This document shows positions 24,660 to 37,501 of a DNA stretch of 64,000 bases, one piece after another. The stretch spans positions 24,242,001-24,306,000 of the forward strand of contig OZ024764.1 of the NCBI GenBank assembly GCA_964016885.1. The letters are read 5' to 3'. The DNA is from Eledone cirrhosa. Taxonomy: Eukaryota. How positions within the stretch are numbered: position 1 is the stretch's first letter; the number at the start of each line of letters is the position of its first letter. A model generated the notes under the pieces. The model saw nothing but the letters and a program-made list of their open reading frames with translations. It ran no database searches and was not told the DNA's origin. The position numbers were made by a program, and so were the translations under genes.

Positions 24660-24995
24660 ATCATCATCATCATCATCATTTTACGTCCACTTTTCCCTGC
24701 ATGCAAGGGTGGGACGGGAACTGGTTCTGGCTTGATTTCTACAGCTGGATGCCCTTCCTAACACCAACCTCATTTACAGTGAGTGCTGGGTGCTTTTTTG
24801 CCGTGGCACCTCCACGACTACTTTGCAGTGGAATGATAGGGACCCCAGTCCCTATCATCTCATTTCTACAGCTGAGTAAACTGGAGCAATGTGAAATAAA
24901 GTGTCTTGCTCAAGGAAACAACACATCGCCCAGTCTGAGAATTGAACTCACAACCTTTCGATTGCAAGGCCAATGCTCTAACCACTAAGCCATGT
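24660..24995 (-). mobile_element. SINE, near-identical to 5490-5826, ~60 nt into MCAT intron 1; partial relatives at 20985-21205, 23310-23560, 24430-24640, 3975-4950, 52150-52230, 62640-62820
   Basis: Direct sequence identity by eye, including A/B boxes. Confidence 0.75.
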
Positions 24996-25052
24996 GCCTC
25001 CATGTATATATATCATAGATTGTATACAGTGTAAGAGAAAGATGCTACCTAC

Positions 25053-25732
25053 CTCTGGGTTTTCTTCTTGCAACCATTCGACTGCAGCCAATGAAGTGAC
25101 CATAACAGCTGGCTGACACACCGCAGTCCGATCAAGTTCTGACTGCGGCCCTTCCAAACACAACTTGAGGAGATCGTAGCCGAGAATGGAGCTGGCTACA
25201 TCGTACATCTCTCGACACCGCGGGTAACCGTTAACCAGCCTGTTGCCCATGCCAACAAACTGACAGCCCTGGCCAGGAAATAACAGGACAGTCGTCGTCT
25301 CTGGGTCGACGGTCGGACGGACAGCAAAGTTCCCCTGGCTTTGACGCCAGTTGACGTATTCTTGCCTGTCGGAGGGGAAATCTACCTCTTTGCCCAGTTC
25401 GTGGTCACCGTCTCTCACACCGCTGGTCGTGTTGGCAGCCATGTTGGGATCAGCTGCCAGAAATTCTTTCAAGGTGTTATCCATCTTTCCTGAAGTGGCC
25501 AATGAAGCGGGATCGGAGACAACATCAGGATGAAGGCCTCCACGCTGCTGTGCTGCCATTTCACTGGCTGTTGTTGAGCCCTTGTCGCTATCGTTGATGA
25601 AGTCAAGGAAATATTTCTCTCTCTCCGTCTCAACCTTCTCCTCAGACTCTTCCAGAAGTTTCTCCTGCCGTCGCTGTCTTCTGCTAGAGATATACTCTGG
25701 TGATGATGGTGATGATGATGATGGTGATGATG

Positions 25733-25764
<32 letters not shown>

Positions 25765-25991
25765 GATGATGATGATGCAGACGTGAAAGGAAGGCTCTGT
25801 TTTGGCTCCGACTCCAGCGATGAGGGAGAGGTGGAGGTTTCAACCTTGCCCTCATCCCCAAGGTCAGAGTCTTTCTTCCCATCACCTGCACAACACCTGT
25901 AACCAGGTGTGGTTGTTGCTTTCCTGAGAAGGTTCCGCCAGGATTGGTTCTGGGACAGCACCAGGCGGCAAAATATACTCCGCACAGCCAT
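25053..25991 (-). CDS. MCAT: MCAT coding exon 1 (mitochondrial malonyl-CoA:ACP transacylase; long N-terminal extension with poly-Ser)
   Basis: ATG at 25991 followed by an Arg-rich presequence-like start. Contains the FabD/MCAT motifs VLLFPGQGCQFVGMG, LGYDLLKLCLEGP and QPAVMVTSLAA. Ends at GAG|GTAGGT (phase 0, 939 nt). Confidence 0.93.
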
Positions 25992-26021
25992 TGGGGGAGC
26001 TAGAAAAATATTTGTAAAACA

Positions 26022-26460
26022 TAGTAGTAGTGGTGGTGGTGGTAGTGGTGGTGGTGGTGGTAGTAGTGGTAGTAGTGGTGGTAGTAGTGGTAGTAGTGGT
26101 AGTAGTGGTAGTGGTAGTGTTGGTGGTGGTGGTAGTTGTGGTGGTGGTGGTAGTGGTAGTGGTGGTAATAGTTGTGGTGGTGGTGGTAGTAGTGGTGGTA
26201 GTGGTAGTAGTGGTGGTGGTGGTAGTAGTGGTGGTAGTGGTAGTAGTGGTGGTGGTGGTAGTAGTGGTGGTAGTAGTGGTAGTGGTAGTGTTGGTGGTGG
26301 TGGTATAGTGGTGGTAGTAGTAGTAGTAGTGGTGATGGTAGTAGTGGTGGTGATGGTAGTGGTGGTAGTGGTAGTAGTGGTGGTAATGGTAGTAGTAGTG
26401 ATGGTGGTATAGTGGTGGTAGTGGTAGTAGTAGTGGTGGTAGTAGTGGTGATGGTAGTAG
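26022..26460. repeat. (GGT/AGT)n compound microsatellite upstream of the MCAT ATG
   Basis: Seen directly in the sequence. Confidence 0.95.
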
Positions 26461-26992
26461 CAGTATTAGCGCGGGTCACACAACAGTGACCACACCACAC
26501 CACAAGCTCCAAGTGGCCACACACACAACAAACGAATCACCCCTACAGTCAACTACCAACACAGCCATCAACCTCGCTATACACAAACTTTGTTCTTTCC
26601 CCAAAATCGTTGGCCTCGTGTCAACAGAATTATTCAAATATATCAGACGGAGACCAACTTTGCCTTTCATCGGATCGATAAAATAAAGTACCAGTAATAC
26701 ACTGGAGCGATTTAACCGAATCTACTCTCCTCCTAAATGTGTTGGCCTTGTCTAAATTAGAAACCAACATTGTAAACGCGATCAGCCGCGGTAAGGTTGC
26801 CAGTGAGGTATTAGAGAGAGGTTCCGGCACCCATTGTGGTGTGTCACCAAATGACTCGCCATTACCCGAGGTAACGCTGCAGACGTGCTGGCTTGCCTCA
26901 AAAATCATCAGAGAAGTTTCCCAGTGCTCCTCGGGATATGTTATCTTTTGCTCTGGCAGCGGCTTGTTTGTCCACCCCTTTCACCTGCCTTT

Positions 26993-29900
26993 TGTTGTAT
27001 GTGGTCCCAGATGTATGTATTATCTGCTGGTGTGTTGTATGTGGTCCTAGATGTGTGTATTACCTGCATGTGTGTTGTATGTAGTCCTAGATGTATGTAT
27101 TAACTGCTTGTGTGTTGTATGTGGTCCTAGATGTATGTATTATCTGATTATGTGTTGTATGTGGTCCTAGATGTATGTATTATCTGCTGGTGTGTTGTAT
27201 GTGGTCCTAGATGTATGTATTACCTGCATGTGTGTTGTATGTGGTCCTAGATGTATGTATTATCTGCTTGTGTGTTGTATGTGGTCCTAGATGTATGTAT
27301 TATCTGCTTGTGTGTTGTATGTGGTCCTAGATGTATGTATTATCTGCTTGTGTGTTGTATGTGGTCCTAGATGTATGTATTATCTGCTTGTGTGTTGTAT
27401 GTAGTCCCAGATGTATGTGCTACCCGCTTGTGTGTTATATGTGGTCCTAGATGTATGTATTATCTGCTTGTGTGTTGTATGTGGTCCTAGATGTGTGTAT
27501 TATCTGATTATGTGTTGTATGTGGTCCTAGATGTGTGTATTATCTGATTATGTGTTGTATGTGGTCCTAGATGTATGTATTATCTGCTTGTGTGTTGTAT
27601 GTGGTCCTAGATGTATGTATTATCTGCTTGTGTGTTGTATGTGGTCCTAGATGTATGTATTATCTGCTTGTGTGTTGTATGTGGTCCTAGATGTATGTAT
27701 TATCTGCTTGTGTGTTGTATGTGGTCCTAGATGTATGTATTATCTGCTGGTGTGTTGTATGTAGTCCTAGATGTATGTATTATCTGCTGGTGTGTTGTAT
27801 GTGGTCCTAGATGTATGTTTACCTGCTTGTGTGTTGTATGTGGTCCTAGATGTGTGTATTATCTGCTTGTGTGTTGTATGTGGTCCTAGATGTATGTATT
27901 ATCTGCTTGTGTGTTGTATGTGGTCCTAGATGTATGTATTATCTGCTTGTGTGTTGTATGTGGTCCTAGATGTATGTATTATCTGCTTGTGTGTTGTATG
28001 TGGTCCTAGATGTATGTATTATCTGCTTGTGTGTTGTATGTGGTCCTAGATGTATGTATTATCTGCTTGTGTGTTGTATGTGGTCCTAGATGTATGTATT
28101 ATCTGCTTGTGTGTTGTATGTGGTCCTAGATGTATGTATTATCTGCTGGTGTGTTGTATGTGGTCCTAGATGTATGTATTATCTGCTGGTGTGTTGTATG
28201 TAGTCCTAGATGTATGTATTATCTGCTTGTGTGTTGTATGTGGTCCTAGATGTATGTATTATCTGCTTGTGTGTTGTATGTGGTCCTAGATGTATGTATT
28301 ATCTGCTTGTGTGTTGTATGTGGTCCTAGATGTATGTATTATCTGCTTGTGTGTTGTATGTGGTCCTAGATGTATGTATTATCTGCTTGTGTGTTGTATG
28401 TGGTCCTAGATGTATGTATTATCTGCTTGTGTGTTGTATGTGGTCCTAGATGTATGTATTATCTGCTTGTGTGTTGTATGTGGTCCTAGATGTATGTATT
28501 ATCTGCTGGTGTGTTGTATGTGGTCCTAGATGTATGTATTATCTGCTGGTGTGTTGTATGTAGTCCTAGATGTATGTATTATCTGCTTGTGTGTTGTATG
28601 TGGTCCTAGATGTATGTATTATCTGCTTGTGTGTTGTATGTGGTCCTAGATGTATGTATTATCTGCTTGTGTGTTGTATGTGGTCCTAGATGTATGTATT
28701 ATCTGCTTGTGTGTTGTATGTGGTCCTAGATGTATGTATTATCTGCTTGTGTGTTGTATGTGGTCCTAGATGTATGTATTATCTGCTGGTGTGTTGTATG
28801 TGGTCCTAGATGTATGTATTACCTGCTTGTGTGTTATATGTGGTCCTAGATGTATGTATTATCTGCTTGTGTGTTGTATGTGGTCCTAGATGTATGTATT
28901 ACCTGCTTGTGTGTTATATGTAGTCCTAGATGTGTGTATTATCTGCTTGTGTGTTGTATGTGGTCGTAGATGTGTGTATTATCTGCTTGTGTGTTGTATG
29001 TGGTCCTAGATGTATGTATTATCTGCTTGTGTGTTGTATGTAGTCCTAGATGTGTGTATTATCTGCTTGTGTGTTGTATGTGGTCCTAGATGTGTGTATT
29101 ATCTGCTTGTGTGTTGTATGTGGTCCTAGATGTATGTATTACCCGCTTGTGTGTTATATGTAGTCCTAGATGTATGTATTATCTGCTGGTGTGTTGTATG
29201 TGGTCCTAGATGTATGTATTATCTGCTTGTGTGTTGTATGTGGTCCTAGATGTATGTATTATCTGCTTGTGTGTTGTATGTGGTCCTAGATGTATGTATT
29301 ATCTGCTTGTGTGTTGTATGTGGTCCTAGATGTATGTATTATCTGCTGGTGTGTTGTATGTGGTCCTAGATGTATGTATTATCTGCTGGTGTGTTGTATG
29401 TAGTCCTAGATGTATGTATTATCTGCTTGTGTGTTGTATGTGGTCCTAGATGTATGTATTATCTGCTTGTGTGTTGTATGTGGTCCTAGATGTATGTATT
29501 ATCTGCTTGTGTGTTGTATGTGGTCCTAGATGTATGTATTATCTGCTTGTGTGTTGTATGTGGTCCTAGATGTATGTATTATCTGCTTGTGTGTTGTATG
29601 TGGTCCTAGATGTATGTATTATCTGCTTGTGTGTTGTATGTGGTCCTAGATGTATGTATTATCTGCTTGTGTGTTGTATGTGGTCCTAGATGTATGTATT
29701 ATCTGCTGGTGTGTTGTATGTGGTCCTAGATGTATGTATTATCTGCTGGTGTGTTGTATGTAGTCCTAGATGTATGTATTATCTGCTTGTGTGTTGTATG
29801 TGGTCCTAGATGTATGTATTATCTGCTTGTGTGTTGTATGTGGTCCTAGATGTATGTATTATCTGCTTGTGTGTTGTATGTGGTCCTAGATGTATGTATT

Positions 29901-30635
29901 ATCTGCTTGTGTGTTGTATGTGGTCCTAGATGTATGTATTATCTGCTTGTGTGTTGTATGTGGTCCTAGATGTATGTATTATCTGCTGGTGTGTTGTATG
30001 TGGTCCTAGATGTATGTATTACCTGCTTGTGTGTTATATGTGGTCCTAGATGTATGTATTATCTGCTTGTGTGTTGTATGTGGTCCTAGATGTATGTATT
30101 ACCTGCTTGTGTGTTATATGTAGTCCTAGATGTGTGTATTATCTGCTTGTGTGTTGTATGTGGTCGTAGATGTGTGTATTATCTGCTTGTGTGTTGTATG
30201 TGGTCCTAGATGTATGTATTATCTGCTTGTGTGTTGTATGTAGTCCTAGATGTGTGTATTATCTGCTTGTGTGTTGTATGTGGTCCTAGATGTGTGTATT
30301 ATCTGCTTGTGTGTTGTATGTGGTCCTAGATGTATGTATTACCCGCTTGTGTGTTATATGTAGTCCTAGATGTATGTATTATCTGCTGGTGTGTTATATG
30401 TGGTCCCAGATGTATGTATTATCTGCTTGTGTGTTGTATGTGGTCCCAGATGTATGTATTATCTGCTTGTGTGTTGTATGTAGTCCTAGATGTATGTATT
30501 ATCTGCTTGTGTGTTGTATGTGGTCCTAGATGTGTGTACTATCTGCTTGTGTGTTGTATGTGGTCCTAGATGTGTGTATTATCTGCTGGTGTGTTGTATG
30601 TGGTCCTACATGTATGTGCTACCCGCTTGTGTGTT
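26993..30635. repeat. 40-bp satellite (~90 copies)
   Basis: Unit TGTGTTGTATGTGGTCCTAGATGTATGTATTATCTGCTTG. Confidence 0.97.
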
Positions 30636-31059
30636 TTTATTTTGTTTCCCTCTCCCTTTCCTTTATATTATATTTATTTATGCTTTCGTTCGGTAAGTAT
30701 TGTATTATTGTATTTCTTTCTTTTTTTATATAACTGTGAATAAAATACACTTAGTGTTGAATTAATATTAAATTTCATTTTGATTTCATATTTTTATGTG
30801 GAATATCTATGTAAGTAAGTATTATATATTTGTACATGTCATTTGAGCGTATATTTGAAATTCTGGAAGACATATAAATAATTTTGAAAAAAACAACAAC
30901 AATAAATAAACGATGACAACAACGACGGAAAAATGAAATAGAATGGACGAAAATAAAACATGTTAAACTTTACATACTTCCTAAGATGTGTTGTTGGTAT
31001 GACCTTCAGGTTTAGTGAGATCTGATAAAGCTGGAAGGGACACACAAGGTGCGTGTGGC

Positions 31060-31160
31060 TTAGGTTTACAGAACGAGGCGCATGCGTGTGGAGTGAAGCC
31101 GTGAGAGTTATCTGCCCCTTCACAAAGGATGAGAGAGAAACCTTAGAAACTTCGGTAAAT
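31060..31160. promoter_or_regulatory. Candidate promoter between the divergent MCAT and ZNF genes
   Basis: Non-repetitive patch with an NRF1-like GCGCATGCG (31078-31086) and candidate splice donors on each strand. Inference only. Confidence 0.25.
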
Positions 31161-31669
31161 TAAAACAAAGTAACCCCGTCTCTCGTTAAAGGTGAAATTT
31201 GTGCTTTTCATGAGTTTGATGTGTTTTAAATTAATCTGACCTTCAAACTAGTCGAGAATATTTAAGTCTTTTATTAACAGTTGTATTACAATGTAACAAC
31301 TATTTCTACTTTTGGCACAAGGCCAGCAAAGATCCAGTGCATTACTGGTACTTTAGTTTATCGACCCCGTAAGGATGAAAGGCAAAGTTAACCTCAGCGG
31401 GACTTGAACTCAGAATGGAAAGGGCCGTAACTCTATGCGTCAAAGCATGGCGTCCGACTCTCTACCGAATAATATAATGTTTACAGAACGAAAACACAAA
31501 CACGAAAACTGACTCTGTTAATGGAAGCTTTGTTATAAGAATTATTACAAATAAGAATGTTTTATTTTAGTTTCATTATTGAATACTTCTTACAGGATGA
31601 AAATATAAACACATATAACGCACAAAAATATCTGATCAAAGTGAGAGAAAAAACACCAATTCACCACCA

Positions 31670-32000
31670 GGTGCGACACCCCTCGTCTGGGTTGCCACTT
31701 GCAGCGACACTTTCTCCAGCTGCAACCTGATTCAGTCTGCAACTAACCCAGCACTTCGGGCTGAGGAGGGTAAACTCTCCAAGAACCAGTCCAACAGGTT
31801 TGCAGTCGTGCCCTTGGCAGTGGAGACTTCTGGTGTTCTTGGCCCTAGTGCTACCTCCCTACTTACCACCATAGGCCCTGAGCTGGCTAGCCACAGATGT
31901 GAGCCTCACGAGATGGAATGGCTCTTCCAGCACGTCTCCCTTACCATCCTCCGGGGAAACACCTTCCCCATTATGTCCGTCGGGGCCGTGGGGGTGGCCA
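31670..32000 (+). mobile_element. CRE-like non-LTR retrotransposon 3' fragment (restriction-like endonuclease region)
   Basis: Translation LVWVATCSDT...VPLAVETSGVLGPSA...LFQHVSLTILRGN resembles the CRE-clade RLE C-terminus. A matching piece lies at 47875-47940. Confidence 0.65.
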
Positions 32001-32359
32001 GAACATGTATTTTATGGTGGCATCAACAGAAGAGAGGTCATGTCTTTGACACAGCGGAAGAGTCTTTCCATTCCTTTCTTTGACACGTTTTCTACAGCTG
32101 GATGCTCTTCCCATCATCGACTTTACAGATCATACTGGGTGATCATTTATTGTGTGACCAATACTAGTGAGATTTTCCGGTCTTTGACACAGAGTCTTCC
32201 TGGGGAAAATACTATTGAGATGATGTATAAAAAAACATTCTCTATGAATAGAACTGAGAATGGGTCAGATGAGTTGTCCTGTTGTGGGCAATGCTAGGTC
32301 AGGGGACCATGTCTTGCTCATACAGAAGCGATTTTAGCTTGGTTTCTACTGCTGGAAAT

Positions 32360-32860
32360 ATTCACTTTGAGATCTTCCTGAGAGGGCCGTGGGGTGGGTG
32401 GGGGGGTGGGGGGCAGAGTCGTCAAACACTCCCTCCAGCGGGCCCTGTCAGAAGCAACCATCTCTAATTGATTCGGCTGGATGTCCAAGCATGACCAGCC
32501 AAGCTCATGGATGTTAAGCAACTATCTTGCCCGTAGTCTACCCCTAGGTCTCCTACCGGTTGCTTTTGTTTGTAAAATCTGTCCAGCGATTCTTTCTTGA
32601 GACATTCTAACCACATGCCCATAGTATTAGAGCTGTGATTTCTCAATTCGGAGAAGTAGCTGCTCTACCAGGAGTGACTCTCTGATCACTGAGCTACCCA
32701 CTTTATTGAGTAACGTTACTCCAGAGACCTTTCAGAGGAATCCCATATCTGCCACTAGTATTCGCAATCATATGCTTTTGGTCATTACCCAAGACTCAAC
32801 CATGGCACGAAAACCGAATTGAAGATAGCGAGTTTGGCTTTTACACCTACCTCAACAGGA
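32360..32860 (-). mobile_element. Degenerate LINE C-terminal fragment (RTE-like); single-copy source of the 60-bp array at 39556
   Basis: Minus-strand translation resembles LRIEKSQL.YYGHVVRMSQERIARQIL...GRRPRGR...VASDRARWR. Confidence 0.65.
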
Positions 32861-33047
32861 CAACTCATCTAACCCATGCTAACGTGGAAGAATGGACATA
32901 AAACAGTGATGATGATGATGATTTGCCTCTGCAAAGATTAATTCTGATTTTGAGAGGAAATTTACATATGTACTTAACTTCCGGCAGAATATGAGTAAAA
33001 ATGTTTCCAATATTTGATAAGATTGACACACCGATCAGAACCGGTAA

Positions 33048-34218
33048 TCTATACATATATATAAAATTGTAGTTGTCTGTCTGTGTGTCCTCATTTTTGC
33101 AAAGTCTATATAAATCCACATTTCTACTCCGATTGACTTCAAACTTGCATTTATATATTCCTTGCGGTCTAAAGATATTAACTGCAGCTTTTATTTTTCA
33201 GTTTTCTGTTGTTAAAGGGGTGTTAGGCGCCGGTTATCAATCTCCGTCGCGCCCTTATAATATCTGTCTGTATGCCTGGATGTCTGCATTACGACATATT
33301 GACGAACATTGATGACGTATTATGTTGGCTATTATCCGTTCATTGCCAGGGAACGTCTTCACGAACCAAAGTATCATCTTCCTGTTTCCCTTCGGTTGCA
33401 ACATTTTTTGAAATATTTACTTCTGCGTTCACAGATTGATGTGTTTAGTTTCAGAAGATCCTGTTAAGGGTGAAAGCAACAATTCTTTGCTTATACTTTA
33501 ATCTGTTATTTTAATATATAATATAAGCGAGGCAAGCCAGCCCAGTTGCACTTCTTGCCAATAAACATTAACCCTTTGTGCGCCATTCATCTAACTGTAG
33601 ACCAACAAATACCAACTAAACAGAGTATTGACAAGAACGATGGCAAATGAATCTACGAGGTGAACAGTTTCCTCCCGAGCTGTTACTTCACGCGGGATTC
33701 ACTGCTACACCCTTTTGTAATAATACCGAACAACGTACTGCTGGTCACTCCTTCCTCCAAAATCCGTACAAAGCGGACATGTGCATCGGGCAGATGGATC
33801 GGCTGCAAATCTACACCAGGCCTACGCGAGACATTCGCAAGGGACTGCACCGGGAGGGCTAGAGAGAAAGAGTAACTTAGTGGAAAGAGTGCGAATGAAC
33901 TTTTGAGGTAAGTAGCCTAGGCCTTACTGCTATTGCACTGGAACCTTCTGCCAACTTAACCTGTGACTTTCTCTTTCACATTTACTCCAAAAGGACAAAA
34001 CAGAGGAGTATGAAAAGAAGGGGCTGAACAATATTTCTATGAACAATGCACGTAGACAGCTAAACTGTACTTTCAACTTCTTAGTTTTCTCCAAATAAAA
34101 CAAGTTTCCTGTCGGTATATGTTTGTGAGTTTTTAAGAGGCACTCATAAATAAACGTTTCTCATTGGAGGTGCTATTACCAATGTTCTTACCCGTGCAAG
34201 GCCGGGATACACTGCTAG
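33048..34218 (+). mobile_element. Non-autonomous Helitron
   Basis: A|TCTATAC...ATAAAA...GTCTGTCTG 5' end. 3' hairpin CCCGtgcaaggcCGGG, then CTAG|T. A-T target with no TSD. Confidence 0.72.
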
Positions 34219-34247
34219 TGTTTGATAAAACTTAAATCCATTTGATG

Positions 34248-35426
34248 CAGGGGAGTACAACAGGTGGCCCAAGACCGGTCAGAGTGGCCCTCGATGATTG
34301 TTTTTAATTTTTGTAGGCTTATTTAGAATTTTTTTCGTAACCATAATACTTCTGTTAGTTGACCTATACTAAAGGGCTTCACTGATAGGGTTATATGTGT
34401 TATAATTCCCCAGTTGACCTATACTAAAGGGCTTCACTGATAGGGTTATATGTGTTATAATTCCCCAGTTGACCTATACTAAAGGGCTTCACTGATAGGG
34501 TTATATGTTATAATTCCCCAGTTGACCTATACTAAAGGGCTTCACTGATAGGGTTATATGTTATAATTTCCCAGTTGACCTATACTAAAGGACTTCACTG
34601 ATAGGGTTATATGTTATAATTCCCCAGTTGACCTATACTAAAGGGCTTCACTGATAGGGTTATATGTTATAATTTCCCAGTTGACCTATACTAAAGGGCT
34701 TCACTGATAGGGTTATATGTTATAATTCCCCAGTTGACCTATACTAAAGGGCTTCACTGATAGGGTTATATGTTATAATTCCCCTGTTTACCTATACTAA
34801 AGGGCTTCACTGATAGGGTTATATGTGTTATAATTCCCCAGTTGACCTATACTAAAGGGCTTCACTGATAGGGTTATATGTTATAATTTCCCAGTTGAAC
34901 TATACTAAAGGGCTTCACTGATAGAGTTATATGTTATAATTTCCCAGTTGACCTATACTAAAGGACTTCACTGATAGGGTTATATGTTATAATTTCCCAG
35001 TTGACCTATACTAAAGGGCTTCACTGATAGGGTTATATGTTATAATTCCCCAGTTGACCTATACTAAAGGACTTCACTGATAGGGTTATATGTTATAATT
35101 CCCCAGTTGACCTATACTAAAGGGCTTCACTGATAGGGTTATGTGTGTTATAATTTCGCAGTTCCTTGTTATGGAAAGAAGTTGTGGTGAATCTTTGGAA
35201 TAGTGCTTAATAAATATTAATGGCCCTAATAGGTGTTCTGATAGGGTTATGTGTGTTATAATTTCCCAGTTCAATGTTATTTGTCTTTATTGTTTAAAAA
35301 TGTATGCACAATGTATTTATGACTCAATTCACTGGTTTTCATTAGATTCCATATTTTTCACTGTGACTGGCCCTAATAGTTGTTCCAATGTTGTGGCCCA
35401 CCAATGGAATATGTTGCACACCCCTG
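34248..35426 (+). mobile_element. Second hAT-like MITE copy with ~15 x 53-bp units
   Basis: CAGGGG...CCCCTG termini, with the same body and 53-bp unit as 4185-4926. Confidence 0.8.
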
Positions 35427-35691
35427 TTTAATGTAACAATTATAAAAATATATATTCTGTCAGATTAAATAAAAAATCTTTAAATATACTCCCGCGCTTT
35501 TCCACTTTTACTTTTTTCCTATAATCTCCATCCCCTCATCAAAACCATTTTTAACTACATACACACACATACACATATATATGTTCGACTCCCATCTACA
35601 TCAATACTCATCTTTTTCCATGTCTTAGAAGGTTCTAAACCCCAACATCAGGCTAAAATTTCTTTACTCAAAAATATGGCGAAAGTTTCTA

Positions 35692-35724
<33 letters not shown>

Positions 35725-36658
35725 CCTCTGGCAGGCGGACCCGGCGATCAGTGGAGACTCCACTTCGTCATTCTATAGAGGGTTGGTCCGCAGCAAGTGC
35801 GACGACGCGCTCGGTGAAACTCTAGGCATAGAGGAAGATGAACTGGCCAGTCTGTTCGGTAGGACCTTCCGCCCGGGACCGATGGACAACTTCCGAAAGT
35901 CCCTGGCCTGGCAGTGCTACCGAGGAGCTCTACCAGTTCGAGACAAGCTCTACAGACATGGGCGCCCGGGCAGGGACCCTGCAAAAAAGATCTGTCCGAG
36001 GTGCGTGCGAGACGAAGAAACCGTCGCGCACGCATTCATACACTGCTCGGGCGTCACTGACCTGTGGGGCTATGTAGAACGACTATTGTCGCGGGTGGGA
36101 CCAATCCAGTTGACCACCGAGCCCATCGTCATGATCAAACCGCCACCCTCCTTCAAAAACGAAGGAGAGGCGGTTTTCCTTTGTGTGATAGCTATGGCGA
36201 AAGAGGTATGGTGGACAAGGGTGAAAGGGCTGAGGTCAGACACCTTTCTCTCCGGCCAACAACTGATTCTTTTTTTCAAATACCACTTTGGAAGAAGAAT
36301 CAGGATGGAGAGAGAGGTGCAAGTTTTATGAAAGGTGGGTGAAAGTGCAAGTTTTATGAAAGGTGGGTGAAAGTGGCGAGAATGGCCCGAGTGAATGGGC
36401 CTTCTCTCTATATCAGCCTGTAGGTTGAGGAAAAGGAGGAGGAGAGGAAAGGAATACAAGCTCTTCGTACTCCTGGAGATGAGGGTTGCACATTTTTTTT
36501 CGGGGGTATGTGTTACCATATAAACTGTCTCCCTCTATTGGGGAAAATCGACTAACTTTTAAATTCCATCTGTGATAACATTTTACGTTTTTATTGTATG
36601 TAAACTTCCCCCTTTGTATTTGTCCCCTTCTTTTGTGCCCCTGTGGCTAATAAAGAAA
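35725..36658 (+). mobile_element. 5'-truncated, diverged copy of the same Tx1-like element in a (TATC)n microsatellite
   Basis: Protein and DNA closely match 15320-16240, with the same AATAAAGAAA end. Small internal duplication near 36317-36372. Confidence 0.9.
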
Positions 36659-36985
36659 TATATCTATCTATCTACTACTAAAACTCTGTGGTTGCTTGTC
36701 TGTAATGTAATACAGCCAAAAGGGAGCATAATGGGGAAATACTTTGACAGGAAGTTGACCCTGAAATGGGAATATAAATGGAATAAAACAAGTTTCACGT
36801 AAGTCGGAGCACGGGTTCCTGAGATATGGGGTTTACTGGGTACCTTTATAGACAGAGAGATAGATAGAGAGGAAGAGATAGTGGTTGTGGGAGGGGGAGA
36901 CAGAGAAGGAGAATGGAAGAGAGTGTGTGTATATATATATATATATGTGTGTGTCTATGACCAGTGTATATAGATCACAGACACC

Positions 36986-37022
<37 letters not shown>

Positions 37023-37113
37023 GATCGAGTATCGAAAAATCGGCGCACGAGTTCACGATAAACGAAATTCGATATGAGCGGCAGAGGGCTCAATAATTCA
37101 GATGAATCAGAGC

Positions 37114-37144
<31 letters not shown>

Positions 37145-37184
37145 CTCAATAATTCAGATGAATCAGAGCTATATATATATATAT

Positions 37185-37333
37185 ATACGATATTAATAAA
37201 TGGAAACTATATTTATAAAACCATATTTATTTCATTATACATATTTCATGTGGTATCCCTGAAATATGTATAATATGTATAATGAAATAAATATGGTTTT
37301 ATAAATATAGTTTCCATTTATTAATATCGTATA
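37185..37333. repeat. Fold-back of the same family as 19075-19230, centred at the hammerhead stem II position
   Basis: ~75-bp arms around TGTGGTATCCC. The right arm continues as the reverse complement of 19075-19225. Confidence 0.8.
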
Positions 37334-37420
37334 TCTACTCCAAAAATTTGTCGAGTGCTTTATATCAGTTATAAAAATATTTACTTGTTGTATCCCAACA
37401 ACTTTAAATAGAACTTTTGC

Positions 37421-37501
<81 letters not shown>

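Noticed and set aside
25909-26524. Gly/Ser-, His- and Val-rich ORFs upstream of MCAT
   Set aside because: These are microsatellite translations.
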